A program made the position numbers and the translations under genes. Positions 49,258-58,163 of a stretch of 64,000 bases of DNA are shown here, piece by piece. The notes beneath the pieces were generated by a model. It was given only the letters and a program-made list of their open reading frames with translations. It was not told where the DNA came from and ran no database searches. Position 1 is the first letter of the stretch. Each line of letters starts with the position of its first letter. The stretch is taken from contig DAIDHP010000014.1 of the NCBI GenBank assembly GCA_027459625.1, positions 921 to 64,920 of the forward strand. Reading direction: 5' to 3'. This DNA is from Chthonomonadales bacterium (GTDB taxonomy: Bacteria > Armatimonadota > Chthonomonadetes > Chthonomonadales > CAJBBX01).

Positions 49258-52200
49258 TTACGCGTTCCTAATCACCAGCATATCGCCGGGTTTGAGGAGG
49301 ATGGGGGATTGGAACCGCAGAAGGACGGCGTTTCCCTTCGAGGAATGATCCGCCTCCAGAACCGTGCCGTTGCGCCGAGCCACCCACTTTGCCGAAGATG
49401 ACGGCAGGCTGGTGAGGATCTCCGCTAATGGCAGGGAGCCCTCGCGCAACGTCAGGCGTACTTCGTCGCGATTTTGATTGAATATCCCCCACGACGTAGG
49501 AGTGCAGAAAACCGCCTGGTACTTCTCCGGGGTTACTCTCGGCGAGAACCCGATGCTTTTTGTTTTGGCGTTGTAGGAGAAACCCTGCGTCGCCATGTAG
49601 GTGGTCCAAACGCTCATGGGGCGGTAGTAATGGTTGCCGCATTCGAAATGGTTCCAAGGCTTGCCCCACGCTAGATATCTGTCCTGAACGTCGCGGATCA
49701 TTTGCAGCCCTTCGTCCACCATTCCGGAGTAGATCATATTGGACGCAAGGGAGTACTCCACGCCGGTCCACGTCGCGGACCACTGCCCTCCTTGCTTCGG
49801 TGCGTCGGCGGGATTCGGCCACCACCCGTTGATGATGCTGCGGTGTTGTCGGTTTTTTGTGTAGATGGTTTTCAAGTCGGAAACCACGTGGTCGTTGGGC
49901 AACGGATCGCCAAGGTCCGGGATCAGCCTGGCGTACCACATGGAGTCCATTCCCGCCGCGAGGCTGGCGTTGCTTCGTTTTCCGGTTGCGGGGTCGTAGT
50001 ATAGGTCGTAATACTCGCCGTTCCATAGCTCCTTCTCGAAGTTGGGTTGTCCCTGCTTGAACCAGCTTGTTAAAAGCGCGTGATTGGCTTCGTCTTTCAT
50101 CTCAAGTGCCATCTCGATCGCCGCTTTCACCGCCACCAAATAGAGAGAGGAGACGTAGACCGAGGTGCCATAGAACCCCCATTGATCGTAGGTTTGATCC
50201 GCACCGGTGTCGTTGGGAAGCCCGTCGCCATCGGTGTCTCTGTTGCGCATGTTGGTGAGAGCGAGCATGATGTGCGGCCAGTGCATATGCAGGAAGGCGT
50301 GGTCGCCCATCCACTTCCAATCCCTGTAAACCATGAGAACATATTGAGGCATGAGGTCTATGCGATAAAAGCTGTCGGGATGATCGAATGTGGCGGGAAA
50401 GAAGTGGGGGACATGCCCGCTTTTCTTTTGAAAATCCATGATGAGATCAATTTGACTTCTCTCTAAATCGGGATAGAGAAGCGCTATCACATGGGAGCCG
50501 TAGTACCCCACATCGGTCGTGTCCAGTCCGCAGCACCCTTCGCCTTCCCACACACTGAATTTGTCCTCCTTGGTCCACCATGTCTCTTTTGTGAAGGTGG
50601 TCAATTGGGCGTTGATGGCGTCAAGCACCTTGCGCTCAAGAGTGGATTCGTAGAAATCCGTATGAAACCGCTCCGTTTTCTCATGAAGCGACTGCAGGTT
50701 TTTCGTGACGTAATTCGCCACCTGATTGGCGCTGGAGAACCAGTTGGAGTACATGTGACCGATCCTCGTGTGATCCGCATCGTAGTGGTTTGGGTAGTAC
50801 CAGGTAAGAATGAACGTAGCCTCCCGCGATTCCCCTGCGGGAATGGCGAGCTTCTGGGTCATGGCGGTATTACGCCCGGATTCACCTGTGAGCGCACCGG
50901 TCGCCTCCACGGCGCCGTCCTCGGCGAAATCCGCCAACAACTCGTCGAATTGATTCCATTCCGCGCGCACGGAGCCCGCCCCCAAGCCGCTCAAGGTCAT
51001 TTCGCCATTGGTTCCCCATTGCGCCGGAATTCCGTCCCCCGTTTTGTATGTGGTGTGCGCCGCATAGGAGATCAAGTGAGCGTAGATATCCGAAATAAGA
51101 TCCGAAGAGGCGGGCCACCCTCCCCATATCGCGGTGGCGTAGACCAGAGTTCTGCCCGAGCCGTACTTGCCCGCTACGATCAAGGGTTGTCCGCCGTCCC
51201 CCTTGGCGATCACGACGCCATCCGGTTTGACGGATGCGATGGTGTTGTATCCGCTGTATTGGGGGAGGCTCATTTTGCCGAAGATCGCAGTCGCCTCGGG
51301 ATTATTGACCTTCGTCATTTGAACGTTAACGTTGTTGGCGTCGAATTGGTTTTCAAACGTGATCGGAAGAATGCTTTCCAAAACGGTTCCGTTCATGTGA
51401 CCCCATCGGTCATCCGAAATCCCGTAGAATGCATCCCATCCTCCGGAGTAGATAAACCCCATGCCGCTGTTAACTGCGTCCTTGAGGATGATCATGTTCG
51501 CATCACCGAGGGTTGAACTTGCATGAGCGGTCTCGCCCATCCAAGCGCAATCGAACTTTTGAGCCAGTTCCGCGCCGGTTCGAGCGGGCAGATGGATGCC
51601 GTTGGGACCTTCGCCGGTCGCCCAGGTGATTTTGATGTTTTTGATACCGCTTAGCGTTTGTTGAAATTCCGGATGCTGCTGGTCGGAGATCATCAGCAGG
51701 CGTACCGGTTTTGCGAAGGCGGAGAGCGATCCGCCGGTTTTCGCATCCATAAGAACCCGCAACCCTTTTTCCACATCGATTTTTCGGTTTCTCGATCCCA
51801 GGGATCCGATGTCAAAGCCCGTGCCGTTCCTCATGCTGGAGAGCAAGGAGACCTCCATGGGTTTGTCCGTCGGATTGTGCACGGTGAAGGAGAATATGCA
51901 CGCGGGGATCCCGGAGTTCTTGGAGTCGTGGGGGATGAAAGGCGTCCATGCTTTCATATCCACCTTCGCGGGGATATTGGCGTCCATGAACTTCATCATT
52001 GCGAACGGATGCTCGCCGACATAGTCAATCGTAGTCACTCCAGGAACATAGCCTCTCCCATTCAACTGCAGCAAATGAACGGCGGATTTGGCATCCTGTT
52101 GTGCTCTGACTGCGAAGAAGGCGTCATCGAACGCCATTTGGCTCGCCCAGTTATTGAAAATCTGCCAGTCGTGAAAGTTACCGTCCGCGCGAATCTCCAC

Positions 52201-52380
52201 CGTTCCGCATCCGATTCCTCCCAGCGGTATGCCGGAGTTCATAGGGGGATTCACGCCGGTGTACTCATTGGGCAACGGCTGCGCCTCCGTCTGAGCGATG
52301 CTTTTGCACGCCACCGCCCCTGAAACCGCGGTTACGGCGATTGTCTTAACAAAATCCCTTCTGGTTAACCCTTTTCTCAT
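49258..52380 (-). CDS. Tat-exported GH116 (GBA2-like) glycosidase with inserted GATase1-like domain
   Basis: TRRDF; SGIPLGGIGCG; WEGEGC..LDTTDV.YY; DTDGDGLP..DQTYD; LWNGEYY; NHFECGNHYYR. Confidence 0.9.
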   Translation of the reverse strand: MRKGLTRRDFVKTIAVTAVSGAVACKSIAQTEAQPLPNEYTGVNPPMNSGIPLGGIGCGTVEIRADGNFHDWQIFNNWASQMAFDDAFFAVRAQQDAKSAVHLLQLNGRGYVPGVTTIDYVGEHPFAMMKFMDANIPAKVDMKAWTPFIPHDSKNSGIPACIFSFTVHNPTDKPMEVSLLSSMRNGTGFDIGSLGSRNRKIDVEKGLRVLMDAKTGGSLSAFAKPVRLLMISDQQHPEFQQTLSGIKNIKITWATGEGPNGIHLPARTGAELAQKFDCAWMGETAHASSTLGDANMIILKDAVNSGMGFIYSGGWDAFYGISDDRWGHMNGTVLESILPITFENQFDANNVNVQMTKVNNPEATAIFGKMSLPQYSGYNTIASVKPDGVVIAKGDGGQPLIVAGKYGSGRTLVYATAIWGGWPASSDLISDIYAHLISYAAHTTYKTGDGIPAQWGTNGEMTLSGLGAGSVRAEWNQFDELLADFAEDGAVEATGALTGESGRNTAMTQKLAIPAGESREATFILTWYYPNHYDADHTRIGHMYSNWFSSANQVANYVTKNLQSLHEKTERFHTDFYESTLERKVLDAINAQLTTFTKETWWTKEDKFSVWEGEGCCGLDTTDVGYYGSHVIALLYPDLERSQIDLIMDFQKKSGHVPHFFPATFDHPDSFYRIDLMPQYVLMVYRDWKWMGDHAFLHMHWPHIMLALTNMRNRDTDGDGLPNDTGADQTYDQWGFYGTSVYVSSLYLVAVKAAIEMALEMKDEANHALLTSWFKQGQPNFEKELWNGEYYDLYYDPATGKRSNASLAAGMDSMWYARLIPDLGDPLPNDHVVSDLKTIYTKNRQHRSIINGWWPNPADAPKQGGQWSATWTGVEYSLASNMIYSGMVDEGLQMIRDVQDRYLAWGKPWNHFECGNHYYRPMSVWTTYMATQGFSYNAKTKSIGFSPRVTPEKYQAVFCTPTSWGIFNQNRDEVRLTLREGSLPLAEILTSLPSSSAKWVARRNGTVLEADHSSKGNAVLLRFQSPILLKPGDMLVIRNA

Positions 52381-52501
52381 TTCCTGACTCCGTTAAATGT
52401 TTGATAGGACAAGGTGTTTTCACAACTCTCAATACGGGGGGAATCGCGCCGATTTGTGGCTTAATGTTGCGCCAGCATCGTGAATTCAGCGATTACCTGC
52501 G

Positions 52502-52520
52502 GTTGGAACGGCGTTCCAAC
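52502..52520. promoter_or_regulatory. Perfect inverted repeat, possible operator
   Basis: GTTGGAACG-G-CGTTCCAAC upstream of the GH116 gene. Confidence 0.35.
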
Positions 52521-52586
52521 GTCTCTTCAAGTCTAAAAGCCATGGATGATTTTCGTGCGTTGGTTGAACATGATTGCAAATTCCAC

Positions 52587-54518
52587 TTATGGCTTTATCG
52601 TTTCCACTATCAAGATCGGTCTCAGGCTTGGATCATCATATGCGATTGAAATGAAGGATTTGTTGCAGGGCTGATTTCCCCAAGCAGCTATCATCATACC
52701 GTAATCCGTACCCTCCATCAATTTACGGACCAGCTTCGTGACATCCCATTCCACTTTCGCTCCAAGCGTTGTAAAAGGGGGGACATCGGTGATCGCCCAC
52801 GGTACAAGATGCGCACACGCACGGAAGGGGCGCCCTTTCGCGTCTTCAGCCGTTCCGCCAGGTCTGGTCCAATCCACGCCTAAATCCGCCTCTTTCCACG
52901 TCGCGCAAATCGCCTGCCAAGGCTGTGTTACGCGATAGATCGCCAGCGGCGCGGTTATATTGAGATGGTAATTCAGATAGCGGTGCAATACCAGTTTCGC
53001 GGAACGAATTTTGCAGCCATTTGGCAACGATTCGAAAGGAAACTTAAGCAGAATCCTCTGTGTCTGCCCCCCCTGCACCACCGCCATTTCCGGGTCCGTC
53101 GCTTTGAGCGCGTCGGGGTAAGCACTCATTATGCGTGTGCTTTCATAGCAATCTATCATCCATGTTCCAGGAGCGGCACGGTGGACCACATCCTCTTTTA
53201 GATACGGTGGAAGCATCTTGCCAGTAGCATAGAACGCGCGTATCATACGCACCATGTATTCGAAAGGCTTATACGTTTGCGAGGGTGTAACGCCATCGTT
53301 TTCAAACAACCAGTTGCTCCAAGTGTAATCCACTCCGCGAATACCGCAATTTATCACCACCTCCCCAAGCCAAATGGGATTGCGCCCGGCGGATTCGCTT
53401 CCCGCATTCTCCCCCCACATGGATTTATAGGCGTCGCTCCCAATAGCCTTGAGCTTTCGGACGATATTTCGCACCTCGTGAACATTTTCCGCCCCGGTGT
53501 ATTGCAGAATGCACCCCTTGGTGATAGCCGTTTTCATCAGCCAATCGTTATCCATCATCAACCTAATGGATGCGGGACCGGAGGCGTCCCTGACCGCCAC
53601 GTCCCAATCCGCCTGAGTATACGCGGTACCCGGAAGGTAAACGATGCATTTCACATCCTCGCCTAGGAACTTCTTCGCCAGGGATTGTGTTTGATTGATG
53701 CGTTTTAGTATCATGTCGCGCTTGGAATTGCGATACCAGAGAAGCATGTCATTCCAGAAGGCGCCGCGAGCCCATTCGGTACTGGGTTTGGGAATCAGCA
53801 CCTCGTTCCATGAAGCGAACCTATGCGATCCGGATAGCTTCCATGCGTCGTTGGCGGAATTGATATCCCCGTATTTCGCTTGCATTGCGGAACGGAAGCT
53901 CACCTGGGCTTGCGCGGAGTAACACCAATACGCCTCCTCCCCCTGACGATTTAGGGTCCAATTGGCGGGGTAGATTCCTTCTCCGGCAGGACCGCAGTCC
54001 ACGACCAACTCCTTGACATTGCCAGCTAGTCCCGATGCAACAAGCTGTTGCAACTGCACCCTGCCAGCCTCCAGGGTGGTTTCCGAGAAATCGATATTCC
54101 ATGGACCGAGATGCCAATCCGTAACGCCATGTTCATCCACCATGCGTTCGTTTGGATATTTGTCCGAATAAGATTTGGAGATTCCCAGCACATATAGAAT
54201 GTATTTAATATTGAAGGGGTGATTTTTCAAAGCTTCAATCAGCGGAGGGTGGTTCAGCCAGCCGGTCTCCAATCGGATCATGTCCACGTCCAGTTGGGTG
54301 TAATACTCGAACCGTGCTTTAAACGAAGACAGTGGATCTCCATAAAATCCCGCCCATTCAGTCACGCAAATACGGGACATGGCATGCGCGGCGCTGGAGT
54401 TAGGGAGAGGATAAGCATCCATTCCATATGCACCGGGCGGATTCGCAATTATGACGCCGGAAATGGCGGCAAGCCCAATCGTTTTTACGAAATCCCTTCG
54501 TGATATGTCTTTTGGCAT
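52587..54518 (-). CDS. Tat-exported GH14 (beta-amylase)-like hydrolase with C-terminal DNRLRE-like domain
   Basis: SRRDF; GPAGEGIYP and WGENA match the two beta-amylase catalytic Glu motifs; LLKF..I.SAKL.L, W..PGG, WDVT.LV and RP.L.V. Confidence 0.7.
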   Translation of the reverse strand: MPKDISRRDFVKTIGLAAISGVIIANPPGAYGMDAYPLPNSSAAHAMSRICVTEWAGFYGDPLSSFKARFEYYTQLDVDMIRLETGWLNHPPLIEALKNHPFNIKYILYVLGISKSYSDKYPNERMVDEHGVTDWHLGPWNIDFSETTLEAGRVQLQQLVASGLAGNVKELVVDCGPAGEGIYPANWTLNRQGEEAYWCYSAQAQVSFRSAMQAKYGDINSANDAWKLSGSHRFASWNEVLIPKPSTEWARGAFWNDMLLWYRNSKRDMILKRINQTQSLAKKFLGEDVKCIVYLPGTAYTQADWDVAVRDASGPASIRLMMDNDWLMKTAITKGCILQYTGAENVHEVRNIVRKLKAIGSDAYKSMWGENAGSESAGRNPIWLGEVVINCGIRGVDYTWSNWLFENDGVTPSQTYKPFEYMVRMIRAFYATGKMLPPYLKEDVVHRAAPGTWMIDCYESTRIMSAYPDALKATDPEMAVVQGGQTQRILLKFPFESLPNGCKIRSAKLVLHRYLNYHLNITAPLAIYRVTQPWQAICATWKEADLGVDWTRPGGTAEDAKGRPFRACAHLVPWAITDVPPFTTLGAKVEWDVTKLVRKLMEGTDYGMMIAAWGNQPCNKSFISIAYDDPSLRPILIVETIKP

Positions 54519-54630
54519 TGTATCTCCCTGTGATGATTATGTTTGTTGGGAAAGATGCAATTCAACTTCTTGGTAAATTAGCTCGAAAGTAAAAAAACCA
54601 TATCGGGAAAAATCGCGAGGAATGAGCGGA

Positions 54631-55029
54631 TTACCTCTCGTATGGCTGAATTGTCCTCAGACCCGGAACGGCGTCGAAATGGCGTTTATTGAAGGTGACC
54701 ACACTCAAATCGCGGTCCAAGGCTGTTGATGCGATCAAGGAATCAATTATCCCAATGCCAGTGGATAGATGCAATGGTGTGAAATCGTTAAGAGCACGTT
54801 GCATTGCTTCAATAGATGGCCAAATAATAGGAAATACATGTAGAAATGCACGGGCTCTTCGTATCTGATCGGAATTTGATACGCCAAAAAGAAATTCCAT
54901 TGCCGAAAACCCACATATGTTGGGCATGGGGGTGTCATATATTTCATAGAGCCAATTCAATGCGGGAGCATATTGCCGGGAAAGATCGATCAATATATCC
55001 GTATCTAACATTAAGTGGCTGGCTACCAT
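54631..55029 (-). CDS. vapC: PIN-domain (VapC) toxin
   Basis: LDTDILID, E..FG, DSLIA.TA and TFN.RHF motifs. Confidence 0.92.
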   Translation of the reverse strand: MVASHLMLDTDILIDLSRQYAPALNWLYEIYDTPMPNICGFSAMEFLFGVSNSDQIRRARAFLHVFPIIWPSIEAMQRALNDFTPLHLSTGIGIIDSLIASTALDRDLSVVTFNKRHFDAVPGLRTIQPYER

Positions 55030-55316
55030 TGTCTATGTTCCGCTTCCGCCCTCAATTTGCGTGCGAGTTCGGGTGAATCGATATCTTCTGAAAAAATCCC
55101 TTTCGTTGCTCCGGATTCCAAAAACTCGATTATATCTTTAATGGACTTTCGTTTTGATTCGATTGGAGCAAAATCATTGCGAGAGCTTGGCGCATTGATT
55201 TTAATGATTTTATCTATCACATGCTTTAGGTAATCATCCACGCTCATTCCTGCGCGCGCGGCTTTGCGCGCCAGAACAGCCTCCTGCTCGGGGGTTAATT
55301 CCAAAATTCTTGTCAT
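55023..55316 (-). CDS. Probable antitoxin (RHH-like)
   Basis: LELTPEQEA.L..KA...G.S...Y; overlaps the vapC start; SD GAGGTG. Confidence 0.7.
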   Translation of the reverse strand: MTRILELTPEQEAVLARKAARAGMSVDDYLKHVIDKIIKINAPSSRNDFAPIESKRKSIKDIIEFLESGATKGIFSEDIDSPELARKLRAEAEHRQW

Positions 55317-55513
55317 TTCATACACCTCGCATTCCAGATAACCCAATCCCCATTGGAACGGAGAGGTTGCCCATCGCGGAGCTATCTCCGTTTCGTCCAT
55401 CGTCATTTTTTAGTATATCCGCATTCTCGTATTTTGATTGCCATGGATCGGGTTCCGACATCCGAGCCATGGCGTAACTGTGCGCTTATCAGCAACGAAA
55501 ACCATCGCCAAAC

Positions 55514-56986
55514 TTAATGTGTGAATGTCACCAGGGTGGCGCTTGCAGCGGGCATATATATTTTATACTCACCGTTGCTTTCCCGCACATTTTCTCGTTG
55601 CAGCTTTCCGACCGGCTTGCCGTCCATGCTGCCGTCAAACGTTTGCCCTCCTAGGGTGATGCCGGTCGCAGCTTTGTAATCCGGCGCCAGCAATCGAATG
55701 AGGCTAGCATGATGGTAATCTTCGGGAAGCGTCAGAGCGACATCTCCGGATGTGTCCGTCTCCTTGTTCAATATCGCCACGCGCACTTTCCCGCCGCTTT
55801 GAGTCGCATAGATCTTTATATTGGCTGTGGTTTGTTCCATGACGGGTACTGTGCGAGAGTGATCCGCAATGGCGCGAGCGAAAAAGTAGAGGCCGTAATA
55901 TAGCGGTCGAACGTAGGGTGTGTATCCGGAAGCAGGGTCGTTTTTGTCATGCATGAAAGAGAATACCGCATAATTCCCTCCATTGCCGGAATGGAAATTC
56001 ACTCCGCACACCCCTTCATCGGCAAATCGAAACATCGAGTCAATCGCCCATAAGGCGGAGACGAACCGATCACTTACGCCGAGAGCCCCACCGCAGGCGA
56101 AGGAGTTCATCTCCCCCATGCGAAAGTCCAAGTGGTATTGCCGAGCCACCTTCACCCAAGGCTTAACTGCATCGGGTCCGCTAGCCGCCGGGGCTTCCGT
56201 GAGCAAATAGGATGCCGGCGGAGGCTGGCGATTCCCGCAGACATTGTTGGGATACCAATGTTGCGTCACCAAAGCGAGATATCCCTTTTCCGCATCCAGA
56301 AATTCAGGCAGATGTTTTAGACTTCCCGACATGGCCCAGGCGGGTCCGATCACCTTGATGTTTTTGGTTTTCGGATCCTGCATGATCTGCTCGCGGAAAA
56401 GGGTGAAATCGTTGATATAGTCCTGATAGGAGTAAGAGTGCCCGCGATGTCCGTTTGAATGGAAGAGGTCCGGCTCATTTCCGATCTCAAACCCAATGAT
56501 GGAGCCGCCCGGCATGTTTTGAGCGTAGGTGCGCGCCTGCTCCTCCGCCAGCTTTGGGTCATCCGCTCCAAGGTTCACGCCTAAAATGAACCTCACCCCA
56601 ATCGCCTTATGCAGCGCCGCGAACGGCGCGACCGTTTGCGGCGTCGCGGCTTTCGTGAAATCCGTGCTGTTCCCGCCTATGCGGAGAATAAAAGGCCCGT
56701 TCCCGAATGAAGTCAGATTCTTTAGCAGTTGAATATAGGACTTATTCAGATTGGGTGGCTCGCCAATCATCGCCTGGGCGGTTCCCCATTCGTGGGATAG
56801 TCCCAGGAAATCGGGAGGAATGGGAATGCCAGGTTTGTTCGGTTCTATTTGCGCTTGAGCCAAAATCGGGCTGGTATTTGCGGATTGGGATTGACCGGCT
56901 ATTCCCTGGGTGTTTTGTGCGTATGCATCCGTTCGTGCAATAATCAGGATAAACGCAAGCGATGCCAATAGTCTGAAGAATCTCAT
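55514..56986 (-). CDS. GH79 beta-glucuronidase-like protein
   Basis: DFLGLSHEW, LRIGGNSTD, EIGNEPD, MGEMNS, SALWAID, GVNFH and RPLYYG; signal peptide. Confidence 0.9.
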   Translation of the reverse strand: MRFFRLLASLAFILIIARTDAYAQNTQGIAGQSQSANTSPILAQAQIEPNKPGIPIPPDFLGLSHEWGTAQAMIGEPPNLNKSYIQLLKNLTSFGNGPFILRIGGNSTDFTKAATPQTVAPFAALHKAIGVRFILGVNLGADDPKLAEEQARTYAQNMPGGSIIGFEIGNEPDLFHSNGHRGHSYSYQDYINDFTLFREQIMQDPKTKNIKVIGPAWAMSGSLKHLPEFLDAEKGYLALVTQHWYPNNVCGNRQPPPASYLLTEAPAASGPDAVKPWVKVARQYHLDFRMGEMNSFACGGALGVSDRFVSALWAIDSMFRFADEGVCGVNFHSGNGGNYAVFSFMHDKNDPASGYTPYVRPLYYGLYFFARAIADHSRTVPVMEQTTANIKIYATQSGGKVRVAILNKETDTSGDVALTLPEDYHHASLIRLLAPDYKAATGITLGGQTFDGSMDGKPVGKLQRENVRESNGEYKIYMPAASATLVTFTH

Positions 56987-57106
56987 TTTACTCTCCGAAA
57001 AGATATGTTAATGTTTGTTGAGGAACGGTACTTTGTTACTTCGGCTTAAACCTCTCTGATACCGCATGGCTGACACGCATTGGACGGCTTGTTAATCGCA
57101 TTGTGA

Positions 57107-58147
57107 TTAAGTTGAATTTGGCGAGAGCGGAAGCGGCCAGCCGGCATGGGACCATTTTATTTGATCTATTCTCAGAGTTGGAACGCCGCCATTTCTCGCA
57201 TCGTAAGCGTGGTACGTCATCCACCAACGACCGCATGCCCTGAATAGCGATTCTCCGCCTGGCCCTTTCCAGCGCTCCGTTCCCGATAGAATCTCGCTCC
57301 CCCCGCCATTCAACATCGAAATCCCTTCCTTATCCATATACGGGCCAAGAATATTTATTGAACGTCCGACACGTACATTATACGTGCTCTGTGCGCCGCG
57401 ACAGCAAAAATTAAACGATGCGAAGAGGTAATAATATTTTCCTCAATGAATAATGAAGGGGGATTCGATTGCGTCCGGCTGGTCAGGGCGCCGCGCCAAA
57501 GGTGAAATGTCCAATCCTCCGCCCAATGGCTTGCCGGTTAGCCGATCCACCCTTACGATCTTCAAACCGCTCCAGAAACTCCCAAACGAAAGCCAAGGAT
57601 TTCCATTCTCATCAAAACATATATTGGGATCAATCGCGTTCCAATCATCCTCGTTTTTGGATGTAAGCACAACCCCCTGATCCACCCATCGATATTCAGG
57701 ATTGTTTCCATCCAAGGTTTTATTGGTTGCCAATCCGATAGCGGAACGGTTACTTCCAAAGGTGGAAATCGCGTAATAGAGATGATATTCACCACTGAAA
57801 TAGGATATGTCCGGAGCCCATACATCGCTCTTTCCTGGAAACATGGCGGTGATCCAAGCAGGCATGGCGTTAAACACGACACCCGCGGTCACCCAATGTT
57901 TCATATCCCGTGATTTTCTTATGGGTATGCCCTTACCAGTTGAGAATAGAAAGAATGTATCCCCATTGTGCACCATGCAAGGGTCATGAACATGTCTTAT
58001 ATCGCCGATGACATGCACGGATCGGTTATTTGAGATTGAGGCGTCGCCTTTCAGGTACGAACAGGCTTGCACACTAAGCATTATAAGAAACCCTGTTATG
58101 AGTGGAAACCGCCCCATGAATCGCGATCTTTTCCGATAACCAGTCAA
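57107..58147 (-). pseudogene. GH43 endo-1,5-alpha-L-arabinanase with one in-frame TGA (57443-57445)
   Basis: HDP, WAPDI, NAIDP, SFGSFWSG, IESPFIIH*GKYYYLFASF.FCCRG..STY...GPY.D, GPGG, YHAYD; the frame continues to 57107. Confidence 0.85.
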
Positions 58148-58163
58148 TGGTATTTTTCGCAGA

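Noticed and set aside
57443-57445. Genome-wide TGA recoding or selenocysteine
   Set aside because: Other genes (e.g. csrA, ftsK) end normally at TGA, and the position is not Cys-equivalent
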